DNA from: Candidatus Ozemobacteraceae bacterium
Lineage (GTDB): Bacteria; Muiribacteriota; Ozemobacteria; Ozemobacterales; Ozemobacteraceae
Direction: 5' to 3'
Assembly: GCA_965140445.1 (NCBI GenBank)
Contig: OZ223236.1
Location: 608,001-672,000, forward strand
DNA: 64,000 nucleotides
The stretch's first letter is position 1; every line of letters starts with the position of its first letter. Below the pieces are notes generated by a model. The model did no database searches. It was not told where the DNA came from and saw only the letters and a list, made by a program, of their open reading frames with translations. Position numbers and translations under genes: made by a program. Of this stretch, positions 10,285-19,406 are shown one piece after another.

Positions 10285-11502
10285 TTAATCGATTACAGAA
10301 ACCAGGGCTCCGTCTTTTAACAGGAATTGTCCTTCAGAAATAATTTTTTGCCCTATTGTTAGTGATGAGTTGGGCAGGCTTGTCCAGCCTTGAAAGTCTT
10401 CTCCGCGGCTAACTGGAATTAGTTTGGCCTGGTCTCCTGAAAGAGAGTAGACCGCCCAGCCGTCATTTTTTTGAATCAACGAAGAAGTTGGCACTGCAGC
10501 TGAAGAAGCGCTTTCCAGGAGAATCTGCAGCTGAACCGATTGACCGGGCATTAGTTTTTGTTTTCCAACGCTGATTCTGCATTTGATTTCGAAAATATGA
10601 AGTTTAGGGTCCACTACCGGGCTAATGTAGGTTACTACTATATCTTGGTCGATAGGCTCTCCGTAGAGTGAAGCCTTAACTTTGGTGGAATCTTTTATTA
10701 TTTTTGAACTATATTCGGCGGGCAGATAGGCGCTTATTTCAAGGTCTGTAGTGTTGTCTATCTTGAATATTGGTTTTCCAATTTGTGCAGCTTCACCTAT
10801 TTCCAGTAGTTTTTCGCTTATGTAACCGCTGATAGGGGCTATTGCAATTGAATCGGATAAATCGCGTTCCGCCATTTTCAGGTTGATTATGGCTTGTTTT
10901 GCTTCTTCTTTGCCCAATGCCAGAAATGCCTTTTTGTGATCTAGTTCAGCTTTGGCTGTTAAATATTCAGCTTCTCGTGCGTCAAATGCTTCCTGGGATA
11001 TTGCATGTTTTTGAAATAGTGACTCATATCTTTTGAAGCTTTTGTTTTTTTTGTTAAGGTCAACTTCTGCTTTTTTTAAAAGAGCCTGGCGTTCTTTTTC
11101 AACTGCCAGAACCATTGATAGCTGTTGTTTGGCTATGTTTACCTTTTGCTGGAGTTTAAGGTTTTCAAGTTGGAAGAGAACTGTTTTATCTTTCTCAACA
11201 AAATCCCCTTCGTCCACGAAAAGCTTTTCTATATCTCCTGCTATTTTGGCGGAAACAAAAGCAGTTTGGCGAGTTTCTATCTTGCCAAATACATTTATGG
11301 TTTTGGCGAACTTTTTCTCACTTACTTTTGAGGTTTTTACTGGAATTTTTGCTTTTTCTGTTTTTGGGGGAGCGGTTTGAACGTCTATGTTGGCTTTCTC
11401 TGTTGTTCCATTTGCTTTTGGCATAAAAAAAGCAAATAGTGCTAACCCTATTACTGAACTGACAACCAACCAAATTGTTTTCCCGGATTTGTGTTTTTTC
11501 AT
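10285..11502 (-). CDS. RND periplasmic adaptor (membrane fusion protein)
   Basis: N-terminal TM, lipoyl halves (VSAKIAG..., IAPISG), coiled-coil hairpin; ATG at 11502 follows AGGA. Confidence 0.9.
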   Translation of the reverse strand: MKKHKSGKTIWLVVSSVIGLALFAFFMPKANGTTEKANIDVQTAPPKTEKAKIPVKTSKVSEKKFAKTINVFGKIETRQTAFVSAKIAGDIEKLFVDEGDFVEKDKTVLFQLENLKLQQKVNIAKQQLSMVLAVEKERQALLKKAEVDLNKKNKSFKRYESLFQKHAISQEAFDAREAEYLTAKAELDHKKAFLALGKEEAKQAIINLKMAERDLSDSIAIAPISGYISEKLLEIGEAAQIGKPIFKIDNTTDLEISAYLPAEYSSKIIKDSTKVKASLYGEPIDQDIVVTYISPVVDPKLHIFEIKCRISVGKQKLMPGQSVQLQILLESASSAAVPTSSLIQKNDGWAVYSLSGDQAKLIPVSRGEDFQGWTSLPNSSLTIGQKIISEGQFLLKDGALVSVID

Positions 11503-11545
11503 TTTGTTTTCCTGCTGTGTTTGTTGAGTGATTACAAATGAATAC

Positions 11546-11562
11546 AGCATTTATTGTGCCAA
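11546..11562 (-). promoter_or_regulatory. sigma54 -24/-12 promoter for the RND operon
   Basis: Minus strand TTGGCACAATAAATGCT (GG-N10-GC), ~45 bp upstream of the adaptor ATG and next to a sigma54 activator gene. Confidence 0.75.
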
Positions 11563-11622
11563 TGTTTGCTTCTTGCGCAACCTGCTTCAGGTAAGGCCTT
11601 TTGGCTAATTGGGAAGGCAGCC

Positions 11623-11678
11623 TGTTAAAAATAACAGTTTGCGTCTGTCATATTTGATAGAAAGTGTTAAATATGATA
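11623..11678. promoter_or_regulatory. Three 14-bp imperfect palindromes, candidate activator binding sites
   Basis: TGTTAAAAATAACA (11623), TGTCATATTTGATA (11646), TGTTAAATATGATA (11665). Confidence 0.55.
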
Positions 11679-11699
11679 GTTTGGTAATGAGGTGTACTA

Positions 11700-13268
11700 A
11701 TGAGAAATGCTAACAAAGAAGATTTTTTTAGAGAAATTGCTTTGAGAATTCATAGCAGTCTTGATGTTGCGGAAGCAATAAAGGCTGCTTTTAACTATAT
11801 GAAAGATTACATCCCTATGGATATGATGGGGATGTATCTGGCCAACGATTACGGGGAAAACGGAGTTAAGTTTTATTCAGTGGCCAGATATGGAAGACAG
11901 ATTATCCGGGAGCCTAAAAACCCTGTAGACCCTATTTTCTGGCTAACAAAAGAAGAAGCTAAATTGCTTGATGAAACTTCTTGTGTTGTAGATGAGTCTG
12001 GCATAAAGGTTGATAATGAAGGGGATGTGCCAGAGCCCCTTTTGAAGGTTTTCCCCTTTATTGATCGTTATTCTATAGTGGATATGGACATCGGGACTGA
12101 AGAGAATAGAAAGAGCAGTCTTATTATTGCCAAAGAGGGCAAAGGAATTTTCAATAAAAAGCATATTGAGTTGCTGAAGTCTGTTAAAGAGCCATTCTCA
12201 ATAGCTATGAGTAACGCCATTCGTTATCTGGAGTTAATGCAATTAAAAGAAAGCCTCGCTGATGAAAATAAGGCTATGCGGACGGATTTGGGACTGGAAG
12301 CGGGAGAGCAGATTATAGGTGCAGAATTTGGCTTGAGAAGCGTTATGGAGATGGTTCGAACCGTTGCCAGAACCAATAGTCCGGTACTTTTAATGGGGGA
12401 AACCGGGACTGGTAAAGAAATTATTGCTAAAAGCATCCATCAGAACAGTAGTAGAAGTGATCGTCCATTCGTAAGAGTTCAGTGTGGCGCAATGCCTGAA
12501 TCTCTATTAGATAGTGAACTTTTTGGCCATGAAAAAGGTTCTTTTACAGGTGCGATAGGCACAAAAAAAGGAAGATTTGAAAGGGCTAATCTGGGTACTA
12601 TCTTTCTTGATGAGATAGGTGAATTAAGTTTGGAGGCTCAGGTAAAGCTACTTAGAGTTCTTCAGGAAAAAGAATTTGAGAGAGTTGGTGGTCATCAAAC
12701 TATCAAGGCTGATGTAAGAGTTATAGCTGCAACCCATAGAAATTTGCATGAAATGGTTAAGGCCGGAACTTTTCGTGAGGATCTCTGGTTCAGATTAAAC
12801 GTTTTTCCAATTGTTATTCCGCCTTTGCGTGATAGAAAAGGGGATATGCAGGCTTTGATAAATCACTTTATCCTTAAGAAAACCAGAGAGTTGAGTTTGC
12901 CGGTTTCTCAGGGACTGGGGCCTGGGGTGTTAAACAAATTAATGAAGTACAATTGGCCAGGAAATGTCAGAGAATTGCAGAACGTAATTGAACGAGGGTT
13001 GATAATCAGTAATGGAGCAGAGATAAATATTCCATCAAGTTATGTTCCCGAAAATCTGGATATAATTGATTTAGAAGCTGAAAGTGTAGATACTCTGGAT
13101 GAGGTCGTGAAAAAACATATAGTTCTTACTCTTAAAAAGTCCAAAGGAAGGATTGAAGGCCAGGATGGTGCTGCAGAGCTTCTTGGGCTTAATCCAAGCA
13201 CTTTGCGTGGAAAATTACGGAAATACAAAATTCCCTTTGGGACAAATAGTAAGGCTAACTCCAATTAG
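11700..13268 (+). CDS. sigma54-dependent enhancer-binding protein (GAF-like + AAA+ + HTH, FhlA-like)
   Basis: [54 protein letters not shown]-terminal [14 protein letters not shown]. Confidence 0.95.
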   Translation: MRNANKEDFFREIALRIHSSLDVAEAIKAAFNYMKDYIPMDMMGMYLANDYGENGVKFYSVARYGRQIIREPKNPVDPIFWLTKEEAKLLDETSCVVDESGIKVDNEGDVPEPLLKVFPFIDRYSIVDMDIGTEENRKSSLIIAKEGKGIFNKKHIELLKSVKEPFSIAMSNAIRYLELMQLKESLADENKAMRTDLGLEAGEQIIGAEFGLRSVMEMVRTVARTNSPVLLMGETGTGKEIIAKSIHQNSSRSDRPFVRVQCGAMPESLLDSELFGHEKGSFTGAIGTKKGRFERANLGTIFLDEIGELSLEAQVKLLRVLQEKEFERVGGHQTIKADVRVIAATHRNLHEMVKAGTFREDLWFRLNVFPIVIPPLRDRKGDMQALINHFILKKTRELSLPVSQGLGPGVLNKLMKYNWPGNVRELQNVIERGLIISNGAEINIPSSYVPENLDIIDLEAESVDTLDEVVKKHIVLTLKKSKGRIEGQDGAAELLGLNPSTLRGKLRKYKIPFGTNSKANSN

Positions 13269-13460
13269 TTTTTCTCTTGAAAAAAATTAAAAATTCGTTT
13301 TGAAGCCGGTTATACGTAAATAATAGCGGTTTCTTTCTGATAATGAATGAAACTGGGAAATTCGAATTTCAACAAATTTTTTGTCCAGTAATGAAGAGCA
13401 AGAAGTCAGGTTGATTTTTTTTCTAGACGCAAATTTTTTTAAATCATCGCAAATAGCTTA

Positions 13461-13489
13461 TTGAAAATCATCCTCGACTCTGGTAAATT
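13461..13489 (+). promoter_or_regulatory. Putative sigma70 promoter of the tRNA
   Basis: TTGAAA-17 bp-TAAATT, 27 bp upstream of the tRNA. Confidence 0.45.
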
Positions 13490-13516
13490 ATCTCAAGTGC
13501 AAAGCACAGAGTTATT

Positions 13517-13589
13517 GCGAGAGTAGCTCAGTTGGTAGAGCATCAGCTTCCCAAGCTGAGGGTCGCGGGTTCGAACCCCGTTTCTCGCT
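13517..13589 (+). tRNA. tRNA-Gly (anticodon CCC), CCA not encoded
   Basis: Acceptor GCGAGAG/TTCTCGC, D-arm GCTCAGTTGGTAGAGC, anticodon arm TCAGC-TTCCCAA-GCTGA, T-arm GCGGG-TTCGAAC-CCCGT. Confidence 0.97.
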
Positions 13590-13735
13590 TTCAAAGAGAC
13601 TTCATTGGATTTTTCGGGTTTCCACCCGGGTAGCACAAACGCCTAATCTTGGCTAGCACCCACCCCGTTAAGTTTGTTTGAGGTCTTTTTACTTTTTAGG
13701 GGGATTTCATTCTTAGCTAGCAAAAAATTAGAATA

Positions 13736-14614
13736 CTACCGGGGTTGATGTTTTATGAATTGACCGGCGTCAATTTCCCTGAAGGCTAAATCAAGTTCTT
13801 CCTGGGTGTTCATGACAATTGGTCCGCCCCAGGCAATTGGTTCTTTTAGTGGCGGCCCTGAAAGAATGATCATGCGAAGTCCTTCTTTTCCAGATTTGAA
13901 TTTGAGCAGCTCACCTTTTTCGAAGAGTAGTGTGGTCTTTGCAATGTGCTCTTTTTGGTCGCTGAAAATTCCGGAACCTTGAAAGTTGTATGAAAAAACG
14001 GTGTTTTCTTCCGGGGTTTCAAGCTCAAATTCCGTTTCCGGGGGGAGATTAACATCCATGAAGAGTGGTTTGACATATTTGCCGCAGAACGCCCCTTTAG
14101 TTCCTTTGTAATCCCCGGATATCAGCTTTATTTCACAGTTTTGATCTTTAATAAGAGGAATCTTATCAGCAGTTATCTCGCCATAAGCAGGATCTTCCAT
14201 TTTGTGTATTGCTGGAATGTTTAGCCAGATCTGAACTCCAAGCATTTTTCTTGGTGGTTTTGGCATCTCTTGATGGATAATTCCGCTTCCTGCTGTCATC
14301 CATTGGCAGTCACCGCAAAAAATTGTTCCCTTATTGCCAATGCTGTCTCCGTGTTCAACCTTACCTTCAATCAGATAGGTGATTGTTTCAATACCTCGAT
14401 GTGGATGCCAGGGAAAACCTTTCTCATAGTCTTTTGGATTATCGTTATCAAATGCGTCCATCATTAGAAAGGGGTCGAAATCTATTACGTTTTTATTGGA
14501 GAAAACCCTTACGAGACGAACTCCCGCGCCATCATGGGTTTCAATGCCTTTTACTATCTGTTTGATTTTCCTTGAATCCACAATAATTATCCTCTTCTTA
14601 TTTTTATTCCTCAA
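13736..14614 (-). CDS. Pirin family protein (start uncertain)
   Basis: DPFLMMD, GFPWHPHRGIETITY, QWMTAGSGIIHQE, QIWLN, GPIVMNT. Confidence 0.93.
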   Translation of the reverse strand: MRNKNKKRIIIVDSRKIKQIVKGIETHDGAGVRLVRVFSNKNVIDFDPFLMMDAFDNDNPKDYEKGFPWHPHRGIETITYLIEGKVEHGDSIGNKGTIFCGDCQWMTAGSGIIHQEMPKPPRKMLGVQIWLNIPAIHKMEDPAYGEITADKIPLIKDQNCEIKLISGDYKGTKGAFCGKYVKPLFMDVNLPPETEFELETPEENTVFSYNFQGSGIFSDQKEHIAKTTLLFEKGELLKFKSGKEGLRMIILSGPPLKEPIAWGGPIVMNTQEELDLAFREIDAGQFIKHQPR

Positions 14615-14648
14615 ACTAATTAACTATAATACATCTTTCGCAACTATA

Positions 14649-14692
14649 AAAAAATCCCCGCAAAATCCAACAGGAGTTTACGGGGATTTTTT
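14649..14692. terminator. Intrinsic terminator, potentially bidirectional
   Basis: AAAAAATCCCCG...CGGGGATTTTTT inverted repeat just downstream of 14703..15395. Confidence 0.7.
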
Positions 14693-14702
14693 ATTTTTGA
14701 AC

Positions 14703-15395
14703 TCAGTTGAAGTATTCCATCTTAACTTCGGTTTTTAGATTTTTTTTCTGGCCAAAGAAATTTAGGTTCATTATGAGCATTACATGTTTTGTATAAAGGT
14801 ATTTGCCGTCATAAGAGAAAGTAATAAATGAATCAGGAGAGCCTTTCATGAATGCGCTGTTGTTGTGGCGTCTAATTTGATAAGGAGCGCCGGTGGCTTC
14901 ATCGAGATAAGTTAATCCATTTACTGTTTCTGGTTTTTTTCTATGGGTTTTTTTGTAGGAAAATGAGTATTCCTGGCATTTTTTGCCTTCGAATTCTTTG
15001 GTTTTTCCGGTGCTTTTATAAGTTACATTTTGCTGTTTATCAGCATAGAATATTTCATCAAGGCCATTATAATCTTTTTTCTTGTCTGGTTTCTTTTGAT
15101 CAACTGGAAACCATTTAGTTTTTGCTTCTTCAGGAATGGGTGCTTCAACCCCGTTTTTAGCAACTTTTATAACTTTTCTAAATTGATTACCGTTTTCAAC
15201 CTTGTATTCTTCCCAGACTTCGTTCTTATTTGATTGGCCCCCAGGAATGCTGCTTTCAAGCAACAAATATGCTTTTTTCAAAACTGGCTTGTTTGAAAGG
15301 TGTTTGCCATAAACTTGAATTGCTTTTTCCCAAAGTGGGTCGGCGTTAGCTGTAACTGAAATTAGAATCATTAGTAGTAGAAATAAACGTTTCAC
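14703..15395 (-). CDS. Exported hypothetical protein
   Basis: GTG start after GAGG; signal peptide ending ANA; TTGACC-17-TAAAGT upstream on the - strand. Confidence 0.7.
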   Translation of the reverse strand: MKRLFLLLMILISVTANADPLWEKAIQVYGKHLSNKPVLKKAYLLLESSIPGGQSNKNEVWEEYKVENGNQFRKVIKVAKNGVEAPIPEEAKTKWFPVDQKKPDKKKDYNGLDEIFYADKQQNVTYKSTGKTKEFEGKKCQEYSFSYKKTHRKKPETVNGLTYLDEATGAPYQIRRHNNSAFMKGSPDSFITFSYDGKYLYTKHVMLIMNLNFFGQKKNLKTEVKMEYFN

Positions 15396-15506
15396 GATAG
15401 CCTCACAATTATTGTTTTTAGGGGCTGAAGCTCCTAATGAGCAGTTACTTTAGAAGCTTTTACAGAGCCGGTCAATAAAAATTATGGAGACTTTGAAAAA
15501 ATATTT

Positions 15507-15689
15507 TATCCGCTGGTACGTACCTCAGATTTTTTATGTTGTTCATTGTTAATCTTTGTTCATTAATGCTCGTTAAAGCCTGAAAAATAAAGGTTAACAA
15601 AACATCATCTTCGGTCGAAAAAGTTTATGGATTTGTTTGCCTCCTTATTTTTCAGTCCGGGTCATTTCATGAACCCGGATTTTTTTTTT
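15507..15689 (+). ncRNA. Candidate structured ncRNA/leader with terminator, copy 1
   Basis: 97-bp core identical to 22902..22998; stem CTGAAAAATAA/TTATTTTTCAG; CCGGGT...ACCCGG hairpin followed by T10. Confidence 0.5.
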
Positions 15690-15693
15690 GCTA

Positions 15694-15838
15694 CAGGAGG
15701 TAGCAACCTAAGCGAAGGCCACGATGGCCGAGAGTCTGGTGCCTCAGGAGGTAGCAACCTAAGCGAAGGCCACGATGGCCGAGAGTCTGGTGCCTCAGGA
15801 GGTAGCAACCTAAGCGAAGGCCACGATGGCCGAGAGTC
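15694..15838. repeat. 51-bp tandem repeat, ~2.8 copies, REP-like hairpins
   Basis: Unit CAGGAGGTAGCAACCTAAGCGAAGGCCACGATGGCCGAGAGTCTGGTGCCT starting at 15694, 15745 and 15796. Confidence 0.93.
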
Positions 15839-16136
15839 GTGTCAAAAGCCCCTATTACCTTCTAGCCTTTCATCACTAAATTAATGTTACTTCAGGTATG
15901 TAGCAACCCAGCGCGCCGCTCCCAATCCTCCATGATTTCCGCGGCATATAGAACATCCTGTTCAAAAGCGCACGATGCGCGAGAGTCGTGTCAAAAGCCC
16001 CTATTACCTTCTAGCCTTTCATCACTAAATTAATGTTACTTCAGGTATGTAGTAACCTAAGCGCGCCGCTCCCAATCCTCCTGATTTCCGCGGCATATAG
16101 AACATCCTGTTCAAAAGCCCACGATGGCCGAGAGTC
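15832..16136. repeat. 149-bp tandem repeat, 2 copies, sharing motifs with the 51-bp unit
   Basis: GAGAGTC recurs at 15832, 15981 and 16130; the two units are near-identical and contain GTAG(C/T)AACC, GAACATCCTGTTC and the ACGAT-loop hairpin. Confidence 0.9.
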
Positions 16137-16392
16137 TGGAGCTACTGGAGTAGCAACACATATGGCCGAGTTAATTTGCTTTTATTTGATTTTGCCTGAG
16201 ATTTGAATTAGAACCCATGCGTTCTTTATTAAACCTGATTTATTTTGTTTTCTTTTTAATGTTGTATCGTATAGTTATTGAGAAAAAATTTAGGGAGTTT
16301 TCTATAGCTTTCTCAAGAAAATTTTGAAACAGGATAAAGCAGAGGCATTATCTTTTCTGACTTTATCTATTTTATAAAATAGGGGATATAAA

Positions 16393-17208
16393 ATGAAAAA
16401 TTTTCAAAAGTATGTTTTGATAGCTTTTATATTTTTTGTTTTCACTTCATTTGCTAGAAATGCCTATTGCCAGACAACTATTCAAGAAAGCGAAATTATT
16501 GATTTAAACTCAATTCCCGGTAATAAGGAATTTAGCATTTCCAGAAGTTTCTTTTCCAGGCTTCAACTTATTAATGATTTTTCAAAAAATTGCTTTAATA
16601 ATTGCTCTAAGAGTTATTGGCATCGACCCACTCCTGATATCCTTTACAGGCTGGAAAAAGGAGATGAAAAGATCCTGAAAGATCTGCCTTATGGCTTCGA
16701 AAAATTCGTTATCATGGCACAATTGAAAAAAAATCTGTTATTGCTGAAAACCACTAATGGTGAAGCAAGCTGCGATGGGAACCTGGCTCATATAGTGCTT
16801 CTAAATACTGATAGACGAGAATACTCAATCCTATTCGATTATCATCCTCCTACATCTGGGGGGGTGGGTTGTGCTTTTTCAAAAGATAATCAGTGGTTAC
16901 TGATATTTGAAAAGTTTTATGGAAAGAATTTTGCGCCGGCAAATAATTGCATGAGTGAGTTTTTATGCTTGTACAGATTTTCAGATGAAACAATGGAGCC
17001 AGTAAAGGTTGAGATAAATCAGGAAAAAATCGCTGCCAGCATAAAACAATACTTATCCAGGAATCATATTTTGGAAGATGATTATTTGAGTCTGAACCAG
17101 GTTGAATTTGAAAGCTCCAGGGGCAAGATTATTCTTAAATTAGTTCCTAAGGAAAATAGAGCCCGCTTTTGTCAGGTCTACATCAATGTAGATAAAAAAA
17201 TGCATTAA
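16393..17208 (+). CDS. Exported hypothetical protein
   Basis: 271 aa; AGGGG RBS; signal-peptide-like N-terminus; no family recognised. Confidence 0.65.
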   Translation: MKNFQKYVLIAFIFFVFTSFARNAYCQTTIQESEIIDLNSIPGNKEFSISRSFFSRLQLINDFSKNCFNNCSKSYWHRPTPDILYRLEKGDEKILKDLPYGFEKFVIMAQLKKNLLLLKTTNGEASCDGNLAHIVLLNTDRREYSILFDYHPPTSGGVGCAFSKDNQWLLIFEKFYGKNFAPANNCMSEFLCLYRFSDETMEPVKVEINQEKIAASIKQYLSRNHILEDDYLSLNQVEFESSRGKIILKLVPKENRARFCQVYINVDKKMH

Positions 17209-17371
17209 ACAAATCTCATCCTCTATGGCAAGAAGGATGGAGAAGTAAACTTAAAACAAGCACAAATGCGGAAATCAAAATTCCAGAACTACCATTATTG
17301 GTAATTAAATGTTGAGTCGGCTGAGTTGGAGTTGGTTAGTTCTAATAGCCAGAAAAATTCAGTGGATATTT

Positions 17372-18664
17372 TTATGGAATTACAGTCCAGCAAGCATTTG
17401 GAGGCTGAATGTTTGTATTATACCAGTTCGCTCTATAGTGAATGCCGAGGTAGTAGCATTCGTCGTTAGTGTTATAAATGTTATAGTCTCGCCATTGATC
17501 TGTTAGTTCTTGCCATGCAGAGCCAATAACGCCAGGCTGGTTGTTTGAGTTTGCGAAACGAGCCTCAAATTGTGCTCCAGCATAGGTTACAATGTCACCT
17601 GGGTTATAAGAGTTGATTGCTCGCCACTCACTGGTAATTTCATTCCAGGAACTATCACTACCTGGCACTGACGTGGTGTAGTATTTGGCCTGAAAAAGGT
17701 CTCCGTTGTAGTAAACATAGTCTCCTGTGTTATAAGGGCTGCCAGCAGGATAAGTAACGTATGTGTAAGGTGATGAATAGGTTACGGCGGCGGTTGTATC
17801 AGCAGCAATCACAAATGAATATTCGTTAGAAACTAGACTGGCCTTTTGATCTACTCCAGCAACCGTAAATGTATCAATAACCTGCCAGATATCCGGTGTC
17901 AGTGTTATAGTTACCGTCGTTCCTGTGGGTATTGATCCTGCTGCGGGCAATGAAGTTATGTCTGTGCCGCTTAGTGTGAGCGTGACGTTTACACTGGCAG
18001 GAGCATATGTCACAGCAACATTGGTATCAGAGGTAATATTAAATGAATAGGTATTTCCAACCAGAGATGCTTTTTGATCAGTACCGTTCACGGTGAACGT
18101 ATCTACGACCTGTCCGCCTGGAGGAGAAACTGTTACGCTTACAGCAGTGTTTGCTGAAATTGGTCCTGGTGCGGGAACAGAAGATATATTAGTCCCTGTA
18201 AGAGTCAGAACATATGTGGTTGGCGGAGTTGGTGGAGAGGAAGAACCATCGAAAATAGCTCTTACAGCACAAATTTGTTTTCCCCCATGTGCGTTTCCGC
18301 CAAATTCATAAGTGATCCAGATTCTATCAGAATCTTTCACATGATAAACATTTTGCTCGGCAACATTACTAACCTGAACTTGCAATGCGGCCTTTCCGTC
18401 AGAAGCATCAACGATCATTTCTCTAATGCCTCTCGTCAGATATTTATTTTGAAGTTCTTCCAGAGAAGTTGGATAGGTTAGATTTTCTTTGAAATACATT
18501 CCAATAGCTTCTTGGATGTTTTTTTCATTAATTTTTACGGTGTTATATCTTGCGTCTTCCAGAGAATCCATAAAGTAACTGTGGACAGTCATAGCAAGAA
18601 CCGAAATTATGGTTACAACGATAATTGTTTCAACTAAGGTAAAGGCTTTTTTGCTGTAATTCAT
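17372..18664 (-). CDS. Type IV pilin/pseudopilin-like protein with two beta-sandwich repeats and three CBM5/12-like modules
   Basis: KKA|FTLVE prepilin motif + TM, YPTSLEEL, Pro/Thr linker, two ~72-aa repeats, three YxxGDxVxYxGxxF/YxA...P...W type repeats. Confidence 0.82.
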   Translation of the reverse strand: MNYSKKAFTLVETIIVVTIISVLAMTVHSYFMDSLEDARYNTVKINEKNIQEAIGMYFKENLTYPTSLEELQNKYLTRGIREMIVDASDGKAALQVQVSNVAEQNVYHVKDSDRIWITYEFGGNAHGGKQICAVRAIFDGSSSPPTPPTTYVLTLTGTNISSVPAPGPISANTAVSVTVSPPGGQVVDTFTVNGTDQKASLVGNTYSFNITSDTNVAVTYAPASVNVTLTLSGTDITSLPAAGSIPTGTTVTITLTPDIWQVIDTFTVAGVDQKASLVSNEYSFVIAADTTAAVTYSSPYTYVTYPAGSPYNTGDYVYYNGDLFQAKYYTTSVPGSDSSWNEITSEWRAINSYNPGDIVTYAGAQFEARFANSNNQPGVIGSAWQELTDQWRDYNIYNTNDECYYLGIHYRANWYNTNIQPPNACWTVIP

Positions 18665-18915
18665 TGATTTATTCCATTGATTAATTATTGTGCTCTTGTG
18701 TCTTTACACTTTGATTATAATTTTTTTCTCAAGATTTGGGAAATTTTGAAATTACAGTAAAAACCAGAAAAAAATTGAAAATGGCAACTGCCAAACGACA
18801 TGTTATGACGCATTAAACCCCTAGGATATTAAACGTATGATTCGTATTAGAAAAATAGAGGAATGAATAATCAAGAGGCATAAAATCAAAGCGGTTTTTT
18901 TAAAAGGAGAGATAA

Positions 18916-19269
18916 ATGGCACTTTTTTTGGAGAACAAACTTGGCTCTCGCTTGTTAGGAATGGCTATTGTTGCACTCTTTATGCTACTTTTTAAAATGA
19001 ACAAGGGGGCAGAACGGATGGCCGAGGTTTCTGCAAGATTTACTCTTGATGCGATGCCAATAAAGGTAATGGCAATTGATGCAGATTTAAACCATGGCAA
19101 AATAGATAAAGAGGAAGCCCAAAAAAGGCGACTTCTACTAGAGGAAGAGTGCAAGTTAATTTGTGCAAAATATGAAGCGAGTAAGGCCAGGGCTAATTAC
19201 ATCGTTCTAGCTTTGATTGCTACTGTTGTTGCTTTCATCATTTCATGCATGAGTAAAGCAAAAGCTTAG
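18916..19269 (+). CDS. Small protein consisting of the FlhA/SctV FHIPEP loop between two TM helices
   Basis: KGAERMAEVSARFTLDAMPIKVMAIDADLNHGKIDKEEAQKRR; AAGGAG RBS; only 117 aa. Confidence 0.75.
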   Translation: MALFLENKLGSRLLGMAIVALFMLLFKMNKGAERMAEVSARFTLDAMPIKVMAIDADLNHGKIDKEEAQKRRLLLEEECKLICAKYEASKARANYIVLALIATVVAFIISCMSKAKA

Positions 19270-19406
19270 GTAAAACAAAATAAAAATATCTTCAATTAGC
19301 TAATTGATTAGTTAAATGAACTAATCAATACTGAAAAAGCAGTTTTCGCAAAATTTAAAAGTTGCTGGTAGACTTAGCAATAGATTTTACAGAGGTATAA
19401 TTAATT

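Noticed and set aside
13517..13589. tRNA-anchored genomic island
   Set aside because: No integrase, and I found no duplicated tRNA-Gly 3' end in the window (search by eye only).
15507..15689. Known riboswitch, T-box, SRP or 6S RNA
   Set aside because: Hallmark motifs of c-di-GMP, c-di-AMP, T-box and SRP RNAs are not recognisable; a cmscan is still needed.
15627..15884. 85-aa ORF with GGSNLSEGHDGRES repeats
   Set aside because: Follows from the 51-bp period, runs through a terminator and has no RBS.
15694..16136. CRISPR array
   Set aside because: Units are contiguous tandem copies without unique spacers, and no cas genes are in the window.
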